This document shows positions 8,569-16,657 of a stretch of DNA of 64,000 bases, in pieces (position 1 is the first letter of the stretch; each line of letters opens with the position of its first letter). The stretch comes from Thermodesulfobacteriota bacterium (GTDB lineage: Bacteria; Desulfobacterota_D; UBA1144; Nemesobacterales; Nemesobacteraceae), in contig OZ242294.1 of NCBI GenBank assembly GCA_965207685.1, forward strand, positions 1,143,558 through 1,207,557. Reading direction: 5' to 3'. The notes under the pieces are model-generated. The model did not search any database. It saw only the letters and a list, made by a program, of their open reading frames with translations, and was not told the origin of the DNA. The translations under genes were made by a program, and so were the position numbers.

Positions 8569-9720
8569 TCAGACCTGCGGTTCGTTCTCCGTCCCCTCAA
8601 CGCTGCAAAACGCCCTGCCCCTGCTTAACCTTAAAACCAGTTTTTCTTCGGGTTCAAGCGTCCGGGAATCCCGCACTATCTCTCCGCTTTTTTCCTTTGA
8701 GACTATGGCGTATCCCCTCTCAAGAACGCTGAAAGGATTCAGGGAGGTAAGTTTCCCCGAGTAATTCTCGATGCGTCGTTCAAGATTCTCGATCCGTGAG
8801 GTCATATGATGCCTGAAGCTTGTCGCGAGTCCGTCAAGCTGCATGGAGAACATGTCTACACGGCTTGTTAGGGAAAAATCGAGGCGCCGGCGGAACTGCG
8901 CGAGGTCTTCGAGAACCTCCCTTTTTTCCCTTACCGCAAGTTCGGCTGCCATTGAAGGTGTGGCCGCTCTCACATCGGATACCAAGTCAGCTATCGTCAC
9001 ATCCACCTCGTGACCCACGGCCGAGATCACGGGAAAGGGGGAAGCGGCGATTTTTCTGGCGACCCCCTCGTCGTTAAAAGCCCTGAGATCTTCCTTAGAT
9101 CCCCCTCCCCTGGTCACGATCACCAGATCAAGCCCCTCCATGCCGTAAAGCCTATCAAGGGCTCTTGTTATCTCGGCCGGGGCGTTATCCCCCTGAACGC
9201 TCGCAGGAGAAATAACAATCTCTACATTGGGAGACCTCCTGTACACGACCTTGATGACGTCCCTCACGGCGGCTCCCGAAGGGGAGGTAACTACTCCTAT
9301 TTTGCGGGAGAGAAAAGGAAGGGGGCGTTTTTTCGAGACGTCAAAAAGTCCTTCTTCGAAAAGCTTCTGCTTGAGCTTTTCAAGCGCGAGCGCGTCGGCA
9401 CCAACTCCCTTCGGGTCCATCGCACTTACGTACAGCTGGTAAACACCGTTTTTCTCGTAAACCCCGACGCGCGCGGCGCAAATAACATCCATCCCGTTCT
9501 CCGGCGTGAACTTTATCTGCTGGTTGTCTCTTCTGAAGCAGGCAGCGGAGATCTGGCTCTTTTCGTCCTTCAGGGAAAAATACCAGTGGCCACTTGCGTA
9601 ATTCCCCTTGAAACCGGAAATCTCCCCCGCAACCCATATTGTTTCCCTGCCGAACTCGAGCTCAATCGCATCCTTTATCGAGGAATTGAGTTCCGATACG
9701 CTGTAGATTTTCCTGTCCAT
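8569..9720 (-). CDS. xseA: Exodeoxyribonuclease VII large subunit
   Basis: OB-fold N-terminus SVSELNSSIKDAIELEFGRETIWVAGEISGFKGNYASGHWYFSLKD, catalytic core GVVTSPSGAAVRDV...RGGGSKEDL, and a coiled-coil tail. I prefer Met 9720 (MDRKIYSV); the longest ORF starts at 9759. Confidence 0.9.
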   Translation of the reverse strand: MDRKIYSVSELNSSIKDAIELEFGRETIWVAGEISGFKGNYASGHWYFSLKDEKSQISAACFRRDNQQIKFTPENGMDVICAARVGVYEKNGVYQLYVSAMDPKGVGADALALEKLKQKLFEEGLFDVSKKRPLPFLSRKIGVVTSPSGAAVRDVIKVVYRRSPNVEIVISPASVQGDNAPAEITRALDRLYGMEGLDLVIVTRGGGSKEDLRAFNDEGVARKIAASPFPVISAVGHEVDVTIADLVSDVRAATPSMAAELAVREKREVLEDLAQFRRRLDFSLTSRVDMFSMQLDGLATSFRHHMTSRIENLERRIENYSGKLTSLNPFSVLERGYAIVSKEKSGEIVRDSRTLEPEEKLVLRLSRGRAFCSVEGTENEPQV

Positions 9721-9825
9721 TTCTAAACGTAAATTAATCGGTCGGGCAGCCGTTGGCAAGGCACGAAACGGGAAACCGTTAAAAGCTGAGGAGAAAATAA
9801 AAAAGCACTTTCCCGTGCGGGAAAT

Positions 9826-10350
9826 TCACTCAAACAGATGCGGAGATTTAGTTTTCACCTTTTCAAGGATTTCGTCTGAAACCTTGAGATTTTCAAGATT
9901 CTTGAGATGAAGCAATTGGGAAGCCCGCAATTTCTTCGCACCTCTAAGATCGGCATCCCTCAAAATCGCCCCGTCGAAATTCGCAAGCTTGAGGTTAGCT
10001 CCGGCGAGATCGGCACCCGTTAGATCAGCGCCCAGCATGTGGGCCCCTTCAAGATTGGCCCCCCTGAATACCGCACCGCGGAGGTCGCAACCCTCAAGGT
10101 TCGCTCCGCGCATGTTCGCCTCGGAAAAATCCGCGCCTACCATGCTGCACCCCTTGCAGAAGGCAAGCTTGAGAGCTGACTTCGCAAACACGGCGCCGTC
10201 AAGATTAATCCCGTTAAAATTCGCCCAGCCAAGATCCGGGATAATATCGGGCTCCTCCTCCCGCCACCGGTTCCACGCGGCCGTACCCTCTTTTACCTTC
10301 AAGACATGTTCCGAATCAGCCACAGCATCCCACCACCAGCGATAATCCAA
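9826..10350 (-). CDS. Pentapeptide-repeat protein
   Basis: Long run of A(D/N)LxG-type pentads: ADFSEANMRGANLEGCDLRGAVFRGANLEGAHMLGADLTGADLAGANLKLANFDGAILRDADLRGA. Confidence 0.85.
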   Translation of the reverse strand: MDYRWWWDAVADSEHVLKVKEGTAAWNRWREEEPDIIPDLGWANFNGINLDGAVFAKSALKLAFCKGCSMVGADFSEANMRGANLEGCDLRGAVFRGANLEGAHMLGADLTGADLAGANLKLANFDGAILRDADLRGAKKLRASQLLHLKNLENLKVSDEILEKVKTKSPHLFE

Positions 10351-10537
10351 AAACCTTAAATGCGGACAGAAGTATGTAAACCGCGATCGCTATAAGTATC
10401 AGGCTTCGAAGAAGTCCCCTGATCCCACCTTTCACCCTGCGTCGCATCCTCTCTCCGCAGGAAAGACATATATCCGTTTTCGCCGTGGTCTCGTAACCGC
10501 ACTCTTCACATCTTCTGACAGGCTGAAGCGACATCAA
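10316..10537 (-). CDS. Small zinc-ribbon membrane protein
   Basis: CEECGYETTAKTDICLSCG (CxxC...CxxC), a basic linker and one TM helix (LILIAIAVYILLSAF). It lies 18 nt after the ThyX-like stop and overlaps the pentapeptide gene start by 35 nt. No family recognised. Confidence 0.45.
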   Translation of the reverse strand: MMSLQPVRRCEECGYETTAKTDICLSCGERMRRRVKGGIRGLLRSLILIAIAVYILLSAFKVFGLSLVVGCCG

Positions 10538-10555
10538 ACTATCCTTTTTTCTTTC

Positions 10556-12049
10556 TTAACTAACCCTTTTCAAAGCGGAACTAAAAAAGTCCGGATGCAC
10601 TTTGCCAATTTCCTCCGCAAGTTGCCCGATGACGTTCTTTATGTCCCATTGCGCTCCCTCCGACATCCGCAGATTCGTCAGATGGTACAGTTCCCAGAGA
10701 TCAAAGCTGCCGCAGACTCTCCTGTTGTGGGCATTTGTCACAGCGTAGCTCGCCACGTCGGGAAAACCGGCGTCAACGAGCTCTTCATAGAACCGCTCGC
10801 TTCGCCTGACGGCTTCGAGCAGAAGCTCCTCCGTTCCCGATTCCGTAACATGCGGTGGAACCGTCACGCCCTCCCCCACCGAAGGCTCCTTTATGGTCCA
10901 GCTGACCTTCCTGTGCCTGAGCAGCTGATGCCACGCCGCCTCGCTCAGGACAAACTCCGCACTGTAGTTAACCGATTTGAATATGCCCACAGGGTTGTCA
11001 TGCTTTCCGAGTTCTTCGACGGCCATTGAAAAAATCCTCTTGAGCTCCGGGGTGTTTTCGGAAAGGTGCCTTTCTATATCCCCGACCGAGAGCCCCGAGA
11101 ATTCGAAAAGAAGGCCTCTTGCGATCTCCCTTAAGGCCTCGGCCTGGGGATTTTCCTTTCCCCGCCCCGTGTAGTCAAAAAGGGTAACCGAAGATCCGTT
11201 GCCGGGTGTGCTTTTCCCAGAGTCGCCGAGACTGCGTGAGAGTTCTTCAAGCGCCTCTCGTGTTCTGACTATGTAAGGGTTCTCGTCGGCGTACTTAACA
11301 AGCGTCGGAACCGAGAACTTGACCTCGCTTTTTATCTCCTCGGCCCTATTTCTTGCCTCAAGGTAGCGGCTTGAGAGAAGCGCGGAGAGGGTCTGCTCCA
11401 TGGCCCTTGCGTTTGCCGTCATGCCGAGATTCGTAAGCGTTGAGAGATTAAGAGCGTACCTTGCGTCCTCAAACGCTATCTTCTCAAGCGCCCTGAAGTG
11501 GGCTTTTTCTTCCCTGCCTTCGGGAACGGGAAACTTTTTTTTCAGAAAATCAAATAGTTCGATGTTGAGCTGAGAGTAAACATCGTACTGAAAATCGCAA
11601 AGCTCCTCGAACTCCTTTTTAAGTGCGGGGTGCGGGTCAAGCTCCTGGGGAATATAGTTGTCGCCTTTGCGGGGTCTCTGGTATCTCTGCGAGTATTCGG
11701 TAAACGAGAGGAACTCGTTTGCGCACTCAAGCAGGGACGAGAAAAGCCTTGAGACCCTCTCAACTCCTATGTGCACGGTCGCGTGCTCGGCAACAGAAGC
11801 GTGACCGTAGTTAAGAACCCACTTCTCGTGGAACTTCTCCGCCCTGTCCCTCCCCATCTCCTGCTCCCTTATCACGGTGTCTATGTTTTCCCTGAAACTC
11901 TTGGGGCTTCTGCTTACGTAGGCGAAGATTACGGCAACGACTTCCTCGGGAATGTTGCTTATGGTGTAGATGTCCCTATCGAGATTCGAAACGTAACGTT
12001 CCATCTCCCGGGTGACGTCTTTATCATCCATTTTTATCTCGGCGGACAA
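10556..12049 (-). CDS. thyX: FAD-dependent thymidylate synthase ThyX-like, fused double-domain form
   Basis: The N-half has GHASVAEHATVHIGVERVSRLFSS..FLSFTEYSQRY and EDARYALNLSTLTNLGMTANARAM. The C-half has AWHQLLRHRKVSW and NAHNRRVCGSFDLWELYHLTNLRMSEGAQWDI. Both match Thy1-domain patterns. Start is TTG 12049 or ATG 12031. Confidence 0.65.
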   Translation of the reverse strand: MSAEIKMDDKDVTREMERYVSNLDRDIYTISNIPEEVVAVIFAYVSRSPKSFRENIDTVIREQEMGRDRAEKFHEKWVLNYGHASVAEHATVHIGVERVSRLFSSLLECANEFLSFTEYSQRYQRPRKGDNYIPQELDPHPALKKEFEELCDFQYDVYSQLNIELFDFLKKKFPVPEGREEKAHFRALEKIAFEDARYALNLSTLTNLGMTANARAMEQTLSALLSSRYLEARNRAEEIKSEVKFSVPTLVKYADENPYIVRTREALEELSRSLGDSGKSTPGNGSSVTLFDYTGRGKENPQAEALREIARGLLFEFSGLSVGDIERHLSENTPELKRIFSMAVEELGKHDNPVGIFKSVNYSAEFVLSEAAWHQLLRHRKVSWTIKEPSVGEGVTVPPHVTESGTEELLLEAVRRSERFYEELVDAGFPDVASYAVTNAHNRRVCGSFDLWELYHLTNLRMSEGAQWDIKNVIGQLAEEIGKVHPDFFSSALKRVS

Positions 12050-12087
12050 GCCTGCTCTCCCGTTCCCCCTCCCATGGCTCCTGTGGT

Positions 12088-12852
12088 TCAGGAGACCGTA
12101 TGGGTTTCCTTGAGTTTATCGACTATGTAAGGCATGACCTGGCTCGGGCTTCCGTATATGACGGCGCTTACGTAATCGTCGGCCGGAGTGTTCCTCTCGC
12201 CGATAATAACGACCTTGTTCCCCTTGTTCATGACCTGGAAGGGAAAAGACGCCACGGGCTCGATTTCCAGATTCGCCCCGACGATTATGAAAAGATCGCA
12301 GTGCTGAAGCCTCATCCAGGACTCCCTTATCTCCCAGTGAGGAAGCGGCTGCCCCGGAAAGGACAGCGGAGGCTTCATCTGATCGCTCTGGCATTCCTTG
12401 CATTTCGGAATGCCGGTCTTGCTGTCCTCAAGGGAAAGCAGAATCCCGTCGGTGCGGTAATCGTTTCCGCATTCATGGCAGTGGATCCAGTTTATCGTCG
12501 AGTATATCTCTATTATCCTTTCGCTGCCGGTTTTGTTGTGCAGGCCGTCGGCCGCCTGGGTAAGAACGCAGTCGACGTTGCAGAGAAACTCCATCTCGTA
12601 AATGGCTTCGTGGGCAGGAGAGGGCCTGGCCTCCGATATTCTGGGATAAAAATCCTTTATCTTTTCCCAGTACTCCCTTCTTACCTCCGGGCGATTCTTG
12701 AATTTCCCTATGTCGGGATTGAAGCTCAGGTCCGAAACGTCGGGCAGCCCGACTTCAAGAGAGAGTTCAACTCCCGTTAGAAAAACTATCTGAGAGGCTT
12801 CCTGTATCCACTTGACCGTCGCCGAGAGCGCATCCTGTTCCTGCTCGCTCAT
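12088..12852 (-). CDS. Sirtuin (SIR2)-family protein with substituted catalytic residues
   Basis: Collinear with the sirtuin core: IVFLTGVELSLEVGLPDVS (vs GAGIS..GIPDFR), VLTQAADGLH (vs QNID.LH), IIEIYS (vs ELHG), Zn ribbon CHEC...CKEC, PPLSFPGQPLP, and FIIVGANLEIEPVASFP. Confidence 0.7.
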   Translation of the reverse strand: MSEQEQDALSATVKWIQEASQIVFLTGVELSLEVGLPDVSDLSFNPDIGKFKNRPEVRREYWEKIKDFYPRISEARPSPAHEAIYEMEFLCNVDCVLTQAADGLHNKTGSERIIEIYSTINWIHCHECGNDYRTDGILLSLEDSKTGIPKCKECQSDQMKPPLSFPGQPLPHWEIRESWMRLQHCDLFIIVGANLEIEPVASFPFQVMNKGNKVVIIGERNTPADDYVSAVIYGSPSQVMPYIVDKLKETHTVS

Positions 12853-12972
12853 TTCAGGTTTTGATTATAACCGCTTGCGTTAACTGTCCGCAAATTGATC
12901 GCAGCCCGCCGACGCCGGGCGAATTCGGGACGCAAACACTCCGCGATAACACAATAAATCGGTTTAAATCGA

Positions 12973-13326
12973 TTGGGGTTGAGCGGACAGGTAGAATATC
13001 GTGTCGTGGGCACAAAACCTAAGGAAATAAACGAATTTACCGAAAAAGCCCTTCAGATCGTCTGGGACAACGGTGAAGAAAGCATATTCTTTTACGACGA
13101 ACTCAGGGAAATCTGTCCCTGCGCCACCTGCAGGAGGCTCAGGAAGAAAAGCAGGACCGGGAAACTTCCGTTTAAAAAACGGATACCCCTCGGAAAAAGT
13201 GGCTTGGCACCGGAGAGAATAGAGTACGTCGGGAATTACGCCATAAGATTCATAGGCGAGAACTGGTGCGAAACCGGATTCTACACATTCGATTTTTTAA
13301 GGGAAAACAGCGTTTCGGGTGAATAA
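12973..13326 (+). CDS. DUF971 domain protein
   Basis: LQIVWDNGEESIFFYDELREICPCATC...YVGNYAIRFIGENWCETGFYTFDFL matches the DUF971 (gamma-butyrobetaine hydroxylase N-terminal-like) pattern. TTG start, so the real start is uncertain. Confidence 0.65.
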   Translation: MGLSGQVEYRVVGTKPKEINEFTEKALQIVWDNGEESIFFYDELREICPCATCRRLRKKSRTGKLPFKKRIPLGKSGLAPERIEYVGNYAIRFIGENWCETGFYTFDFLRENSVSGE

Positions 13327-13344
13327 CGTCCCCGCGGCGAAAAA

Positions 13345-14214
13345 TCACGCCCGTCGTGCGCTTATGGAAAGCCACTTTCTGGTAACAAAGTGGGTGCCGT
13401 CCTCATTCACTTCTCCGTGGAGAAGAATTGCCGGCTCAACAGCGTTTTTCATAGCATCGGAAACGGCCTCATCCGGGTAGCCGTGAAGGGCGCCGGCGGC
13501 ATACTGCTGGAAGGAGCTTATGTACTCCCACGCTTCTTTCGTGAGGTCGGCGGCGAATTCCTGGGCGTCGATAAGGTCAAGCCCTACCTTGCCCACGAGT
13601 TCTTCGTAGTAGGAGCGGGAATGGAACTTTGCAGCCTCGGCTTTCCCCTCAATCTTTACTCTCTTCACTCCCTGTTTTCTCAGGAACTGGACGGCGTTTC
13701 TCACCTGGGTCCTGTAGAAAGGTATGGTCTCCTCGGGTCTTGCACCATCGTAAAAAGAGGTATTGAAGAAAAACCAGCCTCCGGGTTTAAGCGCTTTTTT
13801 GATCGCTTTGAGGCTCTTCAGTTGTTCCTCTTCGTTAAGGTAGTGTATGCCGTTGCCCCATATAGCCACGTCAAGGCTTTTCGGAGGCAGATCGAGCTCC
13901 TGTATGGATGAATTGATGAGGGTCAGCTTGTCAATCTCTTTTTCAAGTCTGCTTTTGGCAAGCTTAAGAGCTCCTGCCGACTGGTCAAGGCAGAACACCG
14001 CAGACTCCTTTAGATTGGCGGGTAGCATATCAAAGAAAAGCTGCGCCATGGTGCCCGCGCCTGTAGCGATGTCAAGGAACCTGTCGAGACTTTCTACCCC
14101 TCTGTCAACCATTGTCTGGATCCAGTCTCTGGTCATATCGCCGTTTACCTTTCTGTACTCCTCGGTATCGGCAAAAGGCTCATAATTGTAATCTTCTATA
14201 TGCTCTTCCTTCAT
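13345..14214 (-). CDS. Class I SAM-dependent methyltransferase
   Basis: Motif I LDIATGAGTMAQ and post-motif ALKPGGWFFFNTSF. Met 14214 is preceded by GAGGAGAGAA; the longest ORF starts at 14244. Confidence 0.8.
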   Translation of the reverse strand: MKEEHIEDYNYEPFADTEEYRKVNGDMTRDWIQTMVDRGVESLDRFLDIATGAGTMAQLFFDMLPANLKESAVFCLDQSAGALKLAKSRLEKEIDKLTLINSSIQELDLPPKSLDVAIWGNGIHYLNEEEQLKSLKAIKKALKPGGWFFFNTSFYDGARPEETIPFYRTQVRNAVQFLRKQGVKRVKIEGKAEAAKFHSRSYYEELVGKVGLDLIDAQEFAADLTKEAWEYISSFQQYAAGALHGYPDEAVSDAMKNAVEPAILLHGEVNEDGTHFVTRKWLSISARRA

Positions 14215-14689
14215 TTCTCTCCTCGGCTCTTGACCCACCCGCACAATCTATTTTTTATACCTTGAATTCTAACATAATAGCAACAAAAACATTAAAAAAA
14301 TTGAGACTTACATAAATAACTAGAAAAAAAAGAAATGATAGAGCAGAGGAATCTAATCTTGTGTTAGGACAAATAGAACAACTGGTTTTAAGTCAGTTTG
14401 CAGTAAACCAGCTGCGACTGCCCTTCATTTCCTACTATATATGGAGTAGCAAGTATAATTACCTCCCAAAAAGCGGTTGGAGTAAAGAATTACAAGTATT
14501 CGGTTGTAGCTTTCCGTTGTCCTGATTGTGGTCATATAAAACTGCACGACTGGACGTTGTTGCAGAAGCTATTAGGTCTTTAAAAGAGACAGAGCTAATC
14601 GCAACTAACGTCCTATATGCTGGTTTGACACTACCGTGAGCATGCTATAGAGTCCTCGAACGCAGATTGTCGAGAGTTGAGGTGTTGTC

Positions 14690-14965
14690 ATGAAGTCATT
14701 ACCAAAAAATGTTTCAAACTATGCGAAGAGTCCGACGTTTTCCGAGTCCTCTATACCGGTAAACCTGCAGAAATCCCATAGAACCAAAGTCGATACTTGG
14801 GCAAAAATCGTCATACTGAAGGGAAACCTTCTTTATCGCATTCTCGCACCAGAGATTGAAGAAATTGAACTTTCGCCGGATATGCCCGGAATCGTGGAGC
14901 CGGAAGTTCCGCACGAAGTGGAGGCGATAGGCAGTGTTCGTTTCTACTTGGAGTTCTACCGTTAG
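14690..14965 (+). CDS. DUF1971 (TehB C-terminal / YeaR-like) domain protein
   Basis: HRTKVDTWAKIVILKGNLLYRIL...LSPDMPGIVEPEVPHEVEAIGSVRFYLEFYR fits the DUF1971 pattern (H.T...W..i.v..G.l.y...P...H.v...f.veFy). It lies in an AT-rich islet. Confidence 0.6.
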   Translation: MKSLPKNVSNYAKSPTFSESSIPVNLQKSHRTKVDTWAKIVILKGNLLYRILAPEIEEIELSPDMPGIVEPEVPHEVEAIGSVRFYLEFYR

Positions 14966-15169
14966 CACCTGCGTCTTTCTTACTGTCTTTAAAAAAGATT
15001 TGCTTTATTTCAGCTATCTACAAAGCACAAATACTAGGGAAAGCAAAATGAGTAAAGATAAAAATCCATATCGGGTTGAAGTTCTACAAGCTGATTTGTC
15101 TAGTTTATGTATGTAGGTTCCAAAAAAATTAAAAGCTAAACCGAGGAACTTCTAAAACGATGAAAGAGG

Positions 15170-15811
15170 TCAGACTCCTCTTTTTTCTCCCCAGAATATT
15201 TTGTGAAGCTGCGGAAGCACCCTTACGTTCTCCATGCCATCTCGCAGGACTCTCTCGGCTATCCAGTCCGCCTTTGTACCGTAAACAGGCTGGAATATGA
15301 TTGAAGCCCTTATGCGCCGCTTCGCCATGACACCCCTTGCGTATTCGTAGTCCGCACTGTCCGCTATTACGAACTTGAGCTGATCCTTTTCCTCCAAGGC
15401 GTCATAAAGCGAAAAATCCATCCTGGAGTCCATGCCCGAACCGGGGCACTTGCAGTCCATGCTCACAATCGAATTGGGATGGGAGAAAATTCCGGGCGGC
15501 TTCTTGTTCCCGCTCGTTTCAAGTACGACCACGAAATCCCTTTCAAGTAGAAATTCCGTTATCTCTTCCACTTCATCCCGCTGGATAAGCGGCTCCCCGC
15601 CGGTTATGCAGACGCGGGAGCATCCGTACTCAAGGATACTGCTCAGAACTTCGCTTGTTTCCATCTCCCGGAAGTCAGACCCCTCCACGGCGTACATGGT
15701 ATCGCACCAGCTGCATCTGAGATCGCAGGCAAAAAGCCTGAGAAAAACCGTCGGCAGCCCGATATGGACCCCTTCACCCTGTATTGAAAAGAAAATTTCG
15801 CTTACCTTCAT
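15170..15811 (-). CDS. queE: 7-carboxy-7-deazaguanine synthase (radical SAM)
   Basis: MKVSEIFFSIQGEGVHIGLPTVFLRLFACDLRCSWCDT, the QueE N-terminus with CxxxCxxC-type cluster ligands. Met 15811 lies 5 nt after the queC stop. The ORF-track start at 15931 overlaps queC and is rejected. Confidence 0.85.
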   Translation of the reverse strand: MKVSEIFFSIQGEGVHIGLPTVFLRLFACDLRCSWCDTMYAVEGSDFREMETSEVLSSILEYGCSRVCITGGEPLIQRDEVEEITEFLLERDFVVVLETSGNKKPPGIFSHPNSIVSMDCKCPGSGMDSRMDFSLYDALEEKDQLKFVIADSADYEYARGVMAKRRIRASIIFQPVYGTKADWIAERVLRDGMENVRVLPQLHKIFWGEKRGV

Positions 15812-15816
15812 CGCGG

Positions 15817-16554
15817 TTATGCCTCGTATTGCGTCGGATCGTCCACGTCCGCTTCGATAAAAGCCTTTTTTCTCTCCCTGCACGAACTGCAGGTGCCGCA
15901 GTGCATACGGGAACCCACGTAGCACGACCACGTGTCTTCGAAAGGAACCCCGAGACGTGCTCCGAGTCTTACTATCCCCGACTTGTCCATATCTACAAAC
16001 GGGGCAACTATGTTGAGGCGTTTGTTATCAGTCGCGAGTCTCTCCGCTTTCTCGAAAGCCGAAACGAACTCCGTCCGGCAGTCGGGATACACTCCCCTGT
16101 CGGAGCGATGCGCGCCGTAGAACACGGTGTCGCAGCCGATGCTCTGTGAATAGGCGACCGAAAGGGAAAGAAATATGGCGTTTCGGTTCGGAACGACTGT
16201 TGCCGAGAGGGTCTCGTAATTGCGCGCCGTCGCGGAAACCCTGGGAATCTCGACGTTCTGGTCGGTAAGCGCAGAGGCGCCGAAAAGAGTCCTTGCGGAA
16301 GAAAGATCGATTATGTTGGGGGAAAGCCCTAGACGGCGGCATATATTCTCCGAGGAGCGGATCTCCTTCTCGTGCTTCTGTCCGTAGATGAAGGTAAGAG
16401 GAAAGACTTCGTACCCTTCCCGAACCGCCTTGTAGCAGAGAGTGGAGCTGTCCACGCCCCCAGAGACCATGACAACCGCTTTTCCAGACACTCCCTTAAT
16501 ATTAAAGTCGAAAAAACAAATAACAATCCCTGTGACCGGAGCGGTCCCGAGCAA
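15817..16554 (-). CDS. queC: 7-cyano-7-deazaguanine synthase
   Basis: PP-loop KAVVMVSGGVDSST and C-terminal Zn cysteines CGTCSSC. The real start is probably near GTG 16491 rather than TTG 16554. Confidence 0.9.
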   Translation of the reverse strand: MLGTAPVTGIVICFFDFNIKGVSGKAVVMVSGGVDSSTLCYKAVREGYEVFPLTFIYGQKHEKEIRSSENICRRLGLSPNIIDLSSARTLFGASALTDQNVEIPRVSATARNYETLSATVVPNRNAIFLSLSVAYSQSIGCDTVFYGAHRSDRGVYPDCRTEFVSAFEKAERLATDNKRLNIVAPFVDMDKSGIVRLGARLGVPFEDTWSCYVGSRMHCGTCSSCRERKKAFIEADVDDPTQYEA

Positions 16555-16657
16555 CGGGCGGAGAAAACGGTAATTTAAATGGTTTCAGTATGTTGGCAGA
16601 AATAGATCGAAATTATATACTTATTCACCCGAGAGTCAGGGAAGCAAAGGCGGTCTC

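Noticed and set aside
9960-10200. Periodic ~15-nt DNA repetition that could be mistaken for a tandem repeat or a degenerate CRISPR-like array.
   Set aside because: It is the nucleotide shadow of the pentapeptide-repeat coding sequence (A(D/N)LxG units) within one continuous ORF. There are no spacers and no conserved direct repeats.
12088-12852. The SIR2-domain protein as part of an anti-phage defence system (Thoeris, DSR or SIR2-HerA type).
   Set aside because: No partner genes (TIR, HerA, pAgo, helicase or nuclease) are adjacent. The neighbours are thyX and small housekeeping-like genes. The NAD-processing residues that defence SIR2 NADases need are themselves substituted.
15812-15931. ORF-track N-terminal extensions that overlap upstream genes: queE to 15931, ALDH to 54258, TonB receptor to 58538, glcF to 41463, gap to 29472, nifS to 35271, cofE to 36824.
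   Set aside because: In each case an internal Met is preceded by a good SD and coincides with the conserved family N-terminus or signal peptide. The extensions are arginine-rich or overlap the neighbouring gene.
16555-16657. A possible preQ1 riboswitch upstream of queC-queE, or a B12 element upstream of the divergent mutA.
   Set aside because: Read on the minus strand, the leader lacks the short hairpin plus A-rich tail (..CCC..UAAAAAACUA-like) of preQ1-I aptamers. Read on the plus strand, nothing resembling a B12 box was seen. The region looks like a plain AT-rich divergent promoter.
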